Positions 17,898 to 27,299 of a stretch of 32,000 nt of DNA are shown here, in pieces. The notes under the pieces were generated by a model. The model was not told the DNA's origin and searched no databases. It was given only the letters and a program-made list of their open reading frames with translations. The position numbers and the translations under genes are program-made. Origin of the DNA: an archaeon. Its GTDB lineage: Archaea > Iainarchaeota > Iainarchaeia > Iainarchaeales > 1-14-0-10-31-34. The stretch covers positions 1 through 32,000 of the forward strand of contig JAJRVL010000004.1 in NCBI GenBank assembly GCA_024277355.1, written 5' to 3'. Position 1 is the first letter of the stretch; each line of letters starts with the position of its first letter.

Positions 17898-19214
17898 ATG
17901 AATAAATTTAAAGTAGTATTAATTGCTTTGCTTTCTTTGATTTTGCTTGCTTCAGTTGTAATAGCAGAAGCAAATAATTTAACTGAAAATACAAGCAATG
18001 ATAATCAAATAACTGATTTAGATGAAACAGATGTAGATGAAACAGATGTAGATGAAACAGATGATTTAGATGAAACAGATAGCTCAGATGAAATTGATGA
18101 GTTAGATGAAGAAGATAATGAATTAGAAGAAGCAGAAGAAACAGAATTAGATGCTGATGAAATAAAAGAAATAAAAATAAAAAAGAAGCATTATATTAGA
18201 ACCTTGTTTTTTTCTGGAACAGGAATTGCTTCAAGTCCCTCTGATGCAATGGATTTTTATACTGTAAAAGTTGTTGGAGGAAAAGTTGCTTTAACTGATG
18301 GAACAATTGTAGGAAAAGGTTTGCTTGTTTTAGACAGAGAAAAATACAGGTTAATTAATTTGACTGTTGAAGGAGATTCAGCTACAGCAGATATTGTTTC
18401 TTTGTTTAATGACATAAACTCAAGTGAAGTTACTGGAAGTCTTTCATTAACTAAAGTTGCTAAACCTGGGGTTGATGTCTGGGCAGGAACAATGATTTTA
18501 GATGGAGATTCATATAACTTTTATCTGTTAACTCATAAAAGAAAATTTAAGAAACTAGAATTAGCAGAAAAAGCAAAAAAGTACTGTAAGGAAAATCCTT
18601 ATGATGAAACATGCAAGTCAGTTGCAGGTTATTTATGTAAAGATAATCCAAAAGAATGCAGGAAAAAAGTTGAAAGATATTGTGAAGACCATCCAAATGA
18701 TTCAAGATGTAAAAAAATAGTAAGAAAATTCTGTGCAGGAAACTTAAAGGATGCAAGATGCAGAGAAGAAGTAAAAGAATATTGTGAAGATAATCCTAAA
18801 TCAAAGTACTGCAAAAATGAAGTAATTGATTTCTGTAAAGATAATCCAAAAAATGAAAGATGTCAGAATGTATTTACAGAATACTGCAAGAAACGTCCAA
18901 CAGATTCAAGGTGTACCAGAACAGCAATAGAATTATGCAAGAAAAACCCTACAGCAGAAAGATGTGCTCCAATAATAAAACAGTATTGTGAATACAACCA
19001 GAAAGCAGAATTATGCGGTACAGTGAGAATTGATTTCTGTAAAGAAAATCCTGACGCAGAAAGATGCAATGCAACAACAACTTCTTTGTGTAAATTAAAC
19101 AGATTTAAGAATTCAGAAAGATGCAGAGAAATAACTGAAAAAACAGATGAAAGAATCAGGAAAATAACCAGAACAGTAAATAAAGTAAGAAATACAGTAG
19201 GCGTGGTAGAATGA
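17898..19214 (+). CDS. Secreted protein with acidic DETDV repeat and 11-unit Cys repeat domain
   Basis: Signal-peptide-like KFKVVLIALLSLILLASVVIAEA, acidic linker, globular region, then tandem Cys units. Long intact ORF. Confidence 0.85.
   Translation: MNKFKVVLIALLSLILLASVVIAEANNLTENTSNDNQITDLDETDVDETDVDETDDLDETDSSDEIDELDEEDNELEEAEETELDADEIKEIKIKKKHYIRTLFFSGTGIASSPSDAMDFYTVKVVGGKVALTDGTIVGKGLLVLDREKYRLINLTVEGDSATADIVSLFNDINSSEVTGSLSLTKVAKPGVDVWAGTMILDGDSYNFYLLTHKRKFKKLELAEKAKKYCKENPYDETCKSVAGYLCKDNPKECRKKVERYCEDHPNDSRCKKIVRKFCAGNLKDARCREEVKEYCEDNPKSKYCKNEVIDFCKDNPKNERCQNVFTEYCKKRPTDSRCTRTAIELCKKNPTAERCAPIIKQYCEYNQKAELCGTVRIDFCKENPDAERCNATTTSLCKLNRFKNSERCREITEKTDERIRKITRTVNKVRNTVGVVE
18021..18083 (+). 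repeat. 15-nt tandem repeat (gatgaaacagatgta)n encoding DETDV
   Basis: Read directly: ttagatgaaacagatgtagatgaaacagatgtagatgaaacagatgatttagatgaaacagat. Confidence 0.85.
18585..19124 (+). repeat. 11 tandem protein repeats, consensus C-K-[DE]-N-P-x(3)-R-C-x(6)-[YFL]
   Basis: 22 Cys; the inter-unit spacer is 7 residues in all ten cases and always ends Y, F or L. Protein-level periodicity of about 17 aa with diverged DNA. Confidence 0.93.
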
Positions 19215-19423
19215 AAAAGGAATTCATTATTTCTTTTTTCCTTTTACTTTCAGTTGTTGCAATTGGATGTATTCAGAAACCATTAGACAAACCTGATGTA
19301 ATACAAAAAGATGACAGCATAACAGAAAAAACTGATCAGGAAGTTGACTCTTTGTTTGAAGAAGAATTAAATAATCTTCCTGAAGACAAAGACTTAACTG
19401 CATTAGAAGACGAATTAGTTTAA
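19211..19423 (+). CDS. Small acidic lipoprotein
   Basis: MKKEFIISFFLLLSVVAIGCIQKP with a lipobox-like Cys. ATGA overlap with the upstream gene. Confidence 0.72.
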   Translation: MKKEFIISFFLLLSVVAIGCIQKPLDKPDVIQKDDSITEKTDQEVDSLFEEELNNLPEDKDLTALEDELV

Positions 19424-19600
19424 TTCGTTTTTCTCTTTTTCTTTTTTTTTAATTTTATTTATTAATTTTATATTTTAATTAACTTACTTTTTTTATTATT
19501 TTTTTAACTAATTATTTTTTTATTTTATTTAAGGATTTCTCTTTTTCTTTTTTTGAAGTTTTTGTAATTATTCTTTTTTTTTGATTTTTCGTTTATGCGA
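19424..19600 (+). terminator. T-rich intergenic tract, candidate poly-T termination region
   Basis: Repeated T(5-10) runs on the coding strand immediately after the stop of the lipoprotein gene. Archaeal termination is often poly-T dependent. Confidence 0.35.
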
Positions 19601-19634
19601 AAACAATTTAAATTATTAAAGCGTATTTTATTAG

Positions 19635-22277
19635 ATGAATTCATTTAAGTTTTCTGTTTTATTTTTAAGTTTGTTTTTATTTTTATCCAGCAGTGTTTTT
19701 GCAGGTTATTTTTTTGAAATGGATAATGTTTCAATTACAACTATTGCAAATATTGATGGCGGTCCAAATGGTCCTTCTCCTTTAGGAGTTAATGCTTATT
19801 ATAACCAAGGTCCTCCTACTCAGACTTTAGAAAGCCTTCCAAATCCTGACTGGATTGAAATTACTTTTACTTTAAGAAATCTCTCTACAAGCGATTTAAC
19901 TGGAAATCCAAGAAGTGTGGATACTTTTGATTTAAGTTTGGATTTATATAATATATTTGACAGTTCACTTCCTTCTTTTAATTATGAATTAATTCATTCT
20001 GAAGCAGATATGACTTCTGATGTTACAATAGATCGTTTTATTAATATTCATTATCCGGCATCTAATTCTGATTTTGTTTATAATGCTACAAAACAGTTTA
20101 CTGTGCGTTTTTCTTTGAATAATATTGTTAATGGAACAGCCTTTAATGAAATAAGAGCAATCGGTATGCCTATTATTTTTGATGGTTCAAATAATGGCAG
20201 TTTAGTTGATGAAGACACTGGAACTTATCTTAATATTTATGTTTATGATCCTAATTTTGTTCCTCCTCCTGTTCTTCATGATTTAGATGTTTATTTAGAT
20301 CCAATTACTTGTATTAATCCTTTAACTGGAAATCCTGTTCTTGATGGTTCATTAGGTTCAGGGAATGGAACTACTAATGCAATTAGATGTGATTCAATTG
20401 ATTCAAATACAATTTATTATGAAGTAATGTTTGAAGATATTAATGCAAATCATAATGCAGCAACAGGAAATTATCTTAAACTGAATTATTTTGAATTTAA
20501 TTGTAATACTATTACTAATCCTGTTCCAACTGAAAGAATTGATCATTTTTATACTGGTTATCCTGGAAGTCTTTGGGCAGAAGATATAGGCCAATATATT
20601 GGTTTTCCTCCTTCCTGTGAATTTTTACATTATGCAGTTAATGAACCAGGACATAATGACTGTCAAACAAGTTTATTTAATACTTTTCCAGAATATTCTG
20701 CGCCAACAGATTTCACTGCAGTTCCTGATTGTCCTACTGGAACTCTTTGTCCTGATCAAGACAAAAATATTTTTTATAATGTAAATTTTTTTGCTTTTAG
20801 AAAATATCTTAATCCAGATGAATTTAATTTGCAGTTTGGTGATAGAAAAGTATTCAAGGGAACTGTAACTAATGCAATGACTGGCGGGAACTTTCGTTGT
20901 TATGTTACTGATGTGAATTATTCTTTGTTTGATTTAACTGATACTGAAATTACAACAAGAACTGTGAATTATGATAATTTTATTTATGATGGAAGCAATT
21001 TAGGTTTATATGATGGGATTGGAAATTATGTGTTAAGAGTCATAAAACTTAACGGGCATGATGCTTTTGTTATTAGAACTGGGGCATTTATGCCTTCAAG
21101 TCTTTATGTCAGGCCTTTAATTCCCTGGACTGTTGAAGTTCCAATTAGAAATAATGGAAATCCCTGGAATAATGCGACTCCAAAAGATATTTTATATGTT
21201 GATGTAAATATTATTAGTGATTCATGGAGTATTATTGGTCAGACTTTGGAAATAGATGGAAGTGTTCCTGAACAAACACTTAACACTGATGAAAACAAGG
21301 TTTTTGTTGTTTCTTTTCCAATAAATGAAGGATTATATCATCAGTTTTTAACTGCTGCTGCAATGAATGCAAAACTTTATGATATTAATGGCTGGATTTT
21401 TGATTTAACTCCTGAATCTCCTGTTTCTAATGTAAGGTTAATTACTATTTTGAATCCATTGGTTTATGAAATTTTAGGAGATGTTTGTTTTACTGATCCA
21501 AATTGGGAGTCATTATGCTGGTGGAATATTATGCCTTATACTTTGTCTCCAGTTGATTTAAATGCAGGAGAAGATATTGAATTTGTTTTAAGGTTAAGAA
21601 ATCCATTTGATTTTAATGAATTTTTTGATTTAACTTATGAAACAAATAATTCAGGAAATGCAAGATTAGATTTTGAACCTGTTAGTAATTTTATTCCTCC
21701 TTTTTCTACAGGAATGTTTGGATATAAATATGCTAAACTGGTTTTAAGAAATCCAAGAATATTAAAACAAGATACAAATTATACTGTTATTGATACTTCT
21801 GCTAATTATCCTTATGTTTGGGACAGCTTACAACTTGAATTCAAAAACTTTTCACATAACTTAAAAATAGAAAATTTCAGTGTTATTCCAGAACAGAATG
21901 AATATGCTTTAGGAGATGTATTGGATTTTGAATTATCAATAACTAATACTGGAAATATTATTGAAAGAGACATTAATTTTTTGGTGGTTTCTTCAATGGA
22001 TTCAACTGTAAGCTTTTATGCTCCTGATGGAACAGATATTAATCCAGGACAAACTTTAACTTTTACAGGAACTCTTCCAGGAATTCCTTATAAAAATGTT
22101 TTTGTAATTGAAGCAACAGTTGAAGCAGTTCCATTTGAATTTACTACTGTTGATAATAGTGAAAAAATTGTTATTCTTACAGGTTATGAAGGAGATGTTT
22201 CTGCTTTGCCTGAAACAAATTATGTTTTATTAATTTTAATTGCTTTAAGTGTATTGTTTGTGGTGAAAAAAAAATGA
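19635..22277 (+). CDS. Large secreted, membrane-anchored surface protein (880 aa)
   Basis: Signal-peptide-like N-terminus (FKFSVLFLSLFLFLSSSVFAGYF), extended beta-rich extracellular-type sequence, C-terminal LPETNYVLLILIALSVLFVVKKK. Confidence 0.85.
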   Translation: MNSFKFSVLFLSLFLFLSSSVFAGYFFEMDNVSITTIANIDGGPNGPSPLGVNAYYNQGPPTQTLESLPNPDWIEITFTLRNLSTSDLTGNPRSVDTFDLSLDLYNIFDSSLPSFNYELIHSEADMTSDVTIDRFINIHYPASNSDFVYNATKQFTVRFSLNNIVNGTAFNEIRAIGMPIIFDGSNNGSLVDEDTGTYLNIYVYDPNFVPPPVLHDLDVYLDPITCINPLTGNPVLDGSLGSGNGTTNAIRCDSIDSNTIYYEVMFEDINANHNAATGNYLKLNYFEFNCNTITNPVPTERIDHFYTGYPGSLWAEDIGQYIGFPPSCEFLHYAVNEPGHNDCQTSLFNTFPEYSAPTDFTAVPDCPTGTLCPDQDKNIFYNVNFFAFRKYLNPDEFNLQFGDRKVFKGTVTNAMTGGNFRCYVTDVNYSLFDLTDTEITTRTVNYDNFIYDGSNLGLYDGIGNYVLRVIKLNGHDAFVIRTGAFMPSSLYVRPLIPWTVEVPIRNNGNPWNNATPKDILYVDVNIISDSWSIIGQTLEIDGSVPEQTLNTDENKVFVVSFPINEGLYHQFLTAAAMNAKLYDINGWIFDLTPESPVSNVRLITILNPLVYEILGDVCFTDPNWESLCWWNIMPYTLSPVDLNAGEDIEFVLRLRNPFDFNEFFDLTYETNNSGNARLDFEPVSNFIPPFSTGMFGYKYAKLVLRNPRILKQDTNYTVIDTSANYPYVWDSLQLEFKNFSHNLKIENFSVIPEQNEYALGDVLDFELSITNTGNIIERDINFLVVSSMDSTVSFYAPDGTDINPGQTLTFTGTLPGIPYKNVFVIEATVEAVPFEFTTVDNSEKIVILTGYEGDVSALPETNYVLLILIALSVLFVVKKK

Positions 22278-22921
22278 AAAAATTATTTTTATTTATTGCA
22301 GTAATTTTACTTTTTTCTTTAGTTAATGCAATGGAAAAAAATCCTTTTACTAAAGAAGATTTTAAGTTAAGATTAGATAATGCTTTAGGACAAAATAGAC
22401 AGGAAACTTTATTGAAAATTACTTCAGATGAATCTGGAAGACCTCAGCAAGAACAAGTTGAATCAGCTCAAACTAAATTTGAAAGATTAGATGTATTAAA
22501 AGAACAGGCAATAATAGAATACAATGTTTTTTATGATGCTTATTATGAAGCTGATGCAAAAACAGTTCAGGAAAAAACATTTAAACTAAAAACTATTTTT
22601 GATGAAATGAATTCTTTAATGGTTACAATAGTTAAATTTGATGGAATTTATTCAAATATTTATTACTGGGGAATTCAATTAGACTATTATATTGAAAAAG
22701 GAATATTTGAATCAAAAGATTCAAATAATAATATAACTAATAAAACAATTAAAGCAGTAAAAGAAAAAACTGGGTTTAACAATGAAATAACTGATATTAA
22801 TGCAGCTGTAAACAAAGATAAACCAGTTGCTTCTCAGGGATTTGATTTTGTTCCAGTTATTGCAGTAATTTTAATTGTTGTTGTAATCTGGATAATTTAC
22901 ATAATCTTTGTTAAAAAATGA
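22274..22921 (+). CDS. Secreted/membrane protein with N-terminal signal and C-terminal TM helix
   Basis: MKKLFLFIAVILLFSLVNAMEK and FDFVPVIAVILIVVVIWIIYIIFVKK. ATGA overlap with the upstream gene. Confidence 0.78.
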   Translation: MKKLFLFIAVILLFSLVNAMEKNPFTKEDFKLRLDNALGQNRQETLLKITSDESGRPQQEQVESAQTKFERLDVLKEQAIIEYNVFYDAYYEADAKTVQEKTFKLKTIFDEMNSLMVTIVKFDGIYSNIYYWGIQLDYYIEKGIFESKDSNNNITNKTIKAVKEKTGFNNEITDINAAVNKDKPVASQGFDFVPVIAVILIVVVIWIIYIIFVKK

Positions 22922-23054
22922 TGATTGTACTATGGATTTCTTTGATTTAAAGCGATGAATATAATAAGTTTTCCCTTTTAATTTTTTTATTTAAAATGAA
23001 TTAATTTTATTTTTTTATTTTATTTTTTTATTATTTTTTTACGGAGGATTTAAA

Positions 23055-24308
23055 ATGCCAGATATAAAAGATGAAAATTTAGCAGTAAAAGGAAAACAAA
23101 GAATTGAATGGGCAGAAAAACACATGCCTGTTTTAAGGTTAATTAAAGAAAGGTTTGAAAAAGAAAAACCTTTAAATGGAATTAGAATTGGAGCTTGTCT
23201 GCATGTTACAACTGAAACAGCAAATTTAATGATAACATTAAAAGCAGGCGGAGCAGAAGTAAAATTATGTGCTTCAAATCCTTTAAGTACTCAGGATGAT
23301 GTTGCTGCAGCATTAGTAAAAGAATATGGTATTGATGTTTATGCAGTTACAGGGGAAGACAATGAAGCTTATTATAAGCATATTAATTCTATTTTAGATT
23401 TTAAACCTCAGGTTACAATGGATGACGGGGCAGATTTAGTTTCCACAATTCATTCAAAAAGAACTGAATGCTTAGAAGAAATTATTGCAGGAACAGAAGA
23501 AACAACAACTGGCGTCATTAGATTTAAAGCAATGGAAAGAGATAAAGTTTTAAAGTATCCAATAATTGCAGTAAATGACGCTACAACTAAATTTATGTTT
23601 GATAACAGGTATGGAACAGGCCAGTCAACTTTAGATGGAATAATCCGTGCAACAAATATTTTGATTGCAGGAAAAAATGTTGTTGTTGCAGGTTATGGCT
23701 GGTGTGGAAGAGGTTTTGCATTAAAAGCAAAAGGAATGGGAGCTAATGTTATTGTAACTGAAGTTGACCATTTAAAAGCTTTAGAAGCAAGAATGGATGG
23801 CTTTAGAGTTAAACCAATGAATGATGCATGCAAAAAAGCAGATATAATTGTCACTTTAACCGGAGACATTAATGTAATAGACAAGCATCATTTTGAATTA
23901 ATGAAACCTGAATGTTTGATTGCTAATTCAGGTCATTTTAATGTTGAAATAAATATTGATGCATTAGAAGAAATAAAAAAATCAAAAAGAACTGTAAGAG
24001 ATTTTGTTGAAGAATACACTTTAAAAGACGGCAAAAGAATTTACATTTTAGGAGAAGGAAGACTGATTAATTTAGCTGCAGCTGAAGGGCATCCGGCTGA
24101 TGTAATGGATATGAGTTTTGCTAATCAGGCTTTATCTGCTGAATATATTATGCAGACTAAAGGTAAATTAGAACCAAAAGTTTATGTGGTTCCTGAAAAC
24201 TTAGATAAAACTATTGCAAAACTAAAACTTGAAGCAATGGGAATTAAAATTGATACTTTAACTGAAGAACAAAAAAAGTATTTAGCTTCATGGGAAACAG
24301 GAACATAA
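23055..24308 (+). CDS. ahcY: Adenosylhomocysteinase (S-adenosyl-L-homocysteine hydrolase)
   Basis: [78 protein letters not shown] upstream. Confidence 0.97.
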   Translation: MPDIKDENLAVKGKQRIEWAEKHMPVLRLIKERFEKEKPLNGIRIGACLHVTTETANLMITLKAGGAEVKLCASNPLSTQDDVAAALVKEYGIDVYAVTGEDNEAYYKHINSILDFKPQVTMDDGADLVSTIHSKRTECLEEIIAGTEETTTGVIRFKAMERDKVLKYPIIAVNDATTKFMFDNRYGTGQSTLDGIIRATNILIAGKNVVVAGYGWCGRGFALKAKGMGANVIVTEVDHLKALEARMDGFRVKPMNDACKKADIIVTLTGDINVIDKHHFELMKPECLIANSGHFNVEINIDALEEIKKSKRTVRDFVEEYTLKDGKRIYILGEGRLINLAAAEGHPADVMDMSFANQALSAEYIMQTKGKLEPKVYVVPENLDKTIAKLKLEAMGIKIDTLTEEQKKYLASWETGT

Positions 24309-24361
24309 GTTTAAATACAACTTTAACTTTATTTTTGTGTTGAATTCTTGAGGAGATGTTT

Positions 24362-24580
24362 ATGGCAAAAAAGAAAACAAAAAGAACTGTAAAGAAAAAG
24401 AAAACTGTTAAGAAAAAAACAACTAAAAAAAAGCCAGTAAAGAAAAAAGTAATCAAAAAGAAACCTGCAAAAAAAACAATTAAAAAGAAAACTATTAGTC
24501 CAGTTAAAAAAGAAGATTCAAAGAAAAGTTTTTCTCAGACAGTAATGGATTTATTGAGAGATTTCAATACAAATAAGTAA
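24362..24580 (+). CDS. Small Lys-rich basic protein
   Basis: MAKKKTKRTVKKKKTVKKKTTKKKPVKKKVIKKKPAKKTIKKKTISPVKKEDSKKSFSQTVMDLLRDFNTNK. GAGGAG places the start at the second ATG. Confidence 0.65.
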   Translation: MAKKKTKRTVKKKKTVKKKTTKKKPVKKKVIKKKPAKKTIKKKTISPVKKEDSKKSFSQTVMDLLRDFNTNK

Positions 24581-24601
24581 TCTTTCTTTTTTATTTTTTT
24601 T

Positions 24602-25081
24602 ATGAGAAACTTTAATTCAGTTAAAACTAATACTTTTAATTCACTTACTAAATGGTATGAAATAAAAAATCCTTTTATTGTTGCTTATAATTTTATTTTA
24701 ATTTTTTTATCTAAATATTGTCCTTCACTCAGAGTAAAATGTTTTTTATTAAGATTAACCGGAATGAAAGTAGGGAGAAATGTTTCTGTTGGTTTAATGG
24801 TTAATTTTGATGTATTTTGGCCTGAATTAATTGAATTAAAAGAAAACTGTTTGATTGGCTTTAATGCAACAATTTTAGCGCATGAATTTTTAATTAAAGA
24901 ATACAGAACAGGAAAAACTATAATTGGAAAAAATGTTTTGATTGGAGTAAATTCAACTGTTTTAGCCGGAGTAAATATTGGGGATAATTCTGTTGTTGGT
25001 GCTATGAGTTTAGTTAATTCTGATGTTCCTGCTTTAACTTTTTATGCTGGAGTGCCAGCCAAACAAATAAAAACAGTTTAG
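24602..25081 (+). CDS. Left-handed beta-helix (hexapeptide) acyltransferase
   Basis: GMKVGRNVSVG...IELKENCLIGFNATILAHEF...TIIGKNVLIGVNSTVLAGVNIGDNSVVGAMSLVNSDVPALTFYAGVPAKQI. Confidence 0.85.
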   Translation: MRNFNSVKTNTFNSLTKWYEIKNPFIVAYNFILIFLSKYCPSLRVKCFLLRLTGMKVGRNVSVGLMVNFDVFWPELIELKENCLIGFNATILAHEFLIKEYRTGKTIIGKNVLIGVNSTVLAGVNIGDNSVVGAMSLVNSDVPALTFYAGVPAKQIKTV

Positions 25082-25122
25082 GCTTTTTTTTTACAGAGAG
25101 TTATTTTAGGAGTTGGTGTGTC

Positions 25123-25485
25123 ATGAAAGAATTTGAAGTAAAGTTATCTGGTTTTTATGAAGTAGAAAAAATAGATAAAGAAACAATAAAAAATAACTGC
25201 ATAAAACTTTATGAAAGACAGAATAAAAAATTAAAGACAATTGAATTTATTGAAATAAGATTAAAAGATTATCAAAAAAGCGGTACAAGAAGAAAATTTT
25301 TAGTTCATTCCACTTTAGGTTTTGCTGGAACAGTTTTAACTTCAAAAGCTTTGGACTGGAATTTAATTAAGGCAGCTGATGCAAGTTTAAAAAAAATTGA
25401 CAGTGAAATTAAAAGAAAATTTATTGGAAAAATTCAGTCAAAAAACAAAGCAAAAGCAAGAGTTGTAAACAGAATTCTGGAGTAA
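25123..25485 (+). CDS. Small conserved-looking protein, possible HPF/RaiA-like fold
   Basis: 120 aa; FIEIRLKDYQKSGTRRKFLVHSTLGFAGTVLTSKALDWNLIKAADASLKKIDSEIKRKF resembles the beta-alpha pattern of ribosome hibernation factors. Weak assignment. Confidence 0.4.
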   Translation: MKEFEVKLSGFYEVEKIDKETIKNNCIKLYERQNKKLKTIEFIEIRLKDYQKSGTRRKFLVHSTLGFAGTVLTSKALDWNLIKAADASLKKIDSEIKRKFIGKIQSKNKAKARVVNRILE

Positions 25486-25487
25486 AA

Positions 25488-26390
25488 TTAAAACTTCATG
25501 AATTCTTTGAATTCATCAAATCTTTCTTTTATTTTAAACTGGTTAATGAAATTCATGTTTGTTACTCCCATTCCTTCTGCTTCTAATGAAGCAACAACTG
25601 AACCATAAACCATTGCTTTTCTTATATTTGATTCATTTAAGTCATTTGTTTTAGCTAAATATCCAATTAAGGCTCCTGCAAAACTGTCTCCTGCGCCTGT
25701 TGGATCTTTAATGTCTTCTAAAGGGTATCCTGGCAAAGCAAAATGAGTTTTTTCTGTAAACATTACTGAACCATGTTCTCCTTTTTTTATTATTGCATAA
25801 TCTGAATCTAATTTTAGTATTTCTCTTGCAGCTTTAATTAAATTATTTGTTCTGAATAATTCTCTTGCTTCGCTGTCATTCATTAAAGCAATATCAACTG
25901 CTTTAACTACTTCTAATACTTCTTGTCTTTTTGAATTAATCCAGTAATTCATTGTATCGCTTACAACTAATTTAGGTTTTTTTATTTGTTTTAAAACTTT
26001 TAATTGTAATTCCGGATCAATGTTTCCTAAAAAAACATATTATGCGTTTTTGTATTCTTCTGGAATTTTTGGATCAAAGTTTTCTATTACATTTAATTCA
26101 GTTTTAAGTGTTTTTGCGACATTTAAATCAAATTCATATTTTCCTGACCATCTGAAAGTTTTCCCTTCAATTATTTCTAATCCTTTAGTGTCAATGCCTT
26201 TTCTTTGAATTAAATCTAAATGTTTTTTTGGAAAATCTGTTCCTGCTACTCCAACTATTCCTGTTTTTGCAAAAAAAGAACAGGCAACAGAAGAATAAAT
26301 TGCAGAGCCTCCTAAAGTGTCTATTATTTTTCCAAAAGGAGTTTCAATATCATCTAATCCAATGCTTCCAACAATTAAAACTTCAACCAT
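25488..26390 (-). pseudogene. PfkB-family carbohydrate kinase, interrupted by in-frame TAA (complement 26040-26042)
   Basis: Reverse strand reads ...FDPKIPEEYKNA*YVFLGNIDPELQLKVLKQIKKPKLVVSDTMNYWINSK... The N-part has LGGSAIYSSVACSFFAKTGIVGVAGTDFP; the C-part has the catalytic DPTGAGDSFAGALIGYL. The two track ORFs are in the same frame (90 nt offset). Confidence 0.85.
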
Positions 26391-26450
26391 AAAATCACAT
26401 AAGAAAATAATTTAAAAACAATTAAAAAACAAACCTCTTTCAGTTATTTT

Positions 26451-27299
26451 ATGTCAAAAGAATTATTGATTGGAACAGCAGGAATTCCTTTTTCTACAAA
26501 ACAAAGAAACACTGAAAATGGAATTAAGCAAATAAAAAAACTTGGTTTAGGCTGCATGGAATTAGAGTTTGTTCATTCAGTTAATATTACAAAAGAAAAA
26601 AGCCCTGAAATAAAGAAAGTTTCAGATGAAACAGGAGTGGAATTAACTGTACATGCGCCTTATTATATTAATTTAAATGCCTTGGAAAAACCAAAATATC
26701 ATGCTTCAATTAATCGAATTCTTTCTTCTGCAAGGATTGGCTATTTATGTGGTGCTAAATCAGTGGTATTTCATGCAGGATTTTATATGAAACAAAATCC
26801 TAAATCAGTTTTTGAAAAAATTAAAGCAGGAATAAAAGAAATAGAAAAAAAAGTTTTAGATGAAGGGTTAGACATATGGCTTAGGCCTGAAACAACAGGC
26901 AAGCCAACTCAATGGGGTTCTATAGAAGAAATTGTTTCTTTGTCAGAAAACTTTGAAAAAATTTTGCCTTGTGTTGACTTCTCTCATTTGCATGCACGTT
27001 CAGCAGGAAAAAATAACACTAAAAAAGAATTTCATGATAATCTTTCTTTAATTGAAAAAAAACTTGGAAGAAAAGCATTAAATGAAATGCATATTCATTT
27101 AAGCGGAATAAATTATTCAGATAAAGGAGAAAGAAATCATTTAATTTTAAAAGAAAGCGACATGAATTACAAAGATTTAATTCAGGAATTAAAAGACTTT
27201 AAAGTTAAAGGCTGGCTTATCTGCGAAAGCCCAAACCTTGAAGATGATGCATTACTAATAAAAAAAGAATTTGGAAAAAGAAAGCGATTTTATGCCTAA
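26451..27299 (+). CDS. nfo: Endonuclease IV-like / AP endonuclease (xylose isomerase-like TIM barrel)
   Basis: ELTVHAPYYINL, SVVFHAGFYM, IWLRPETTGKPTQWGS, CVDFSHLHAR, MHIHLSGINYSDKGERNH. Confidence 0.85.
   Translation: MSKELLIGTAGIPFSTKQRNTENGIKQIKKLGLGCMELEFVHSVNITKEKSPEIKKVSDETGVELTVHAPYYINLNALEKPKYHASINRILSSARIGYLCGAKSVVFHAGFYMKQNPKSVFEKIKAGIKEIEKKVLDEGLDIWLRPETTGKPTQWGSIEEIVSLSENFEKILPCVDFSHLHARSAGKNNTKKEFHDNLSLIEKKLGRKALNEMHIHLSGINYSDKGERNHLILKESDMNYKDLIQELKDFKVKGWLICESPNLEDDALLIKKEFGKRKRFYA

Noticed and set aside
18547-19069. Minus-strand ORFs opposite the Cys-repeat protein, themselves repetitive
   Set aside because: The periodicity is inherited from the sense-strand repeats. They are antisense only.
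22918-22970. Possible C/D box RNA starting at the atgatga near the end of the 22274-22921 gene
   Set aside because: A C-box-like ATGATGA is present but no convincing D (CTGA) or paired C'/D' spacing.
960-26390. Genome-wide reassignment of TAA to a sense codon
   Set aside because: Most genes here end cleanly in TAA at the family-expected length. Only two interrupted genes are seen, so reassignment of all TAA is contradicted.
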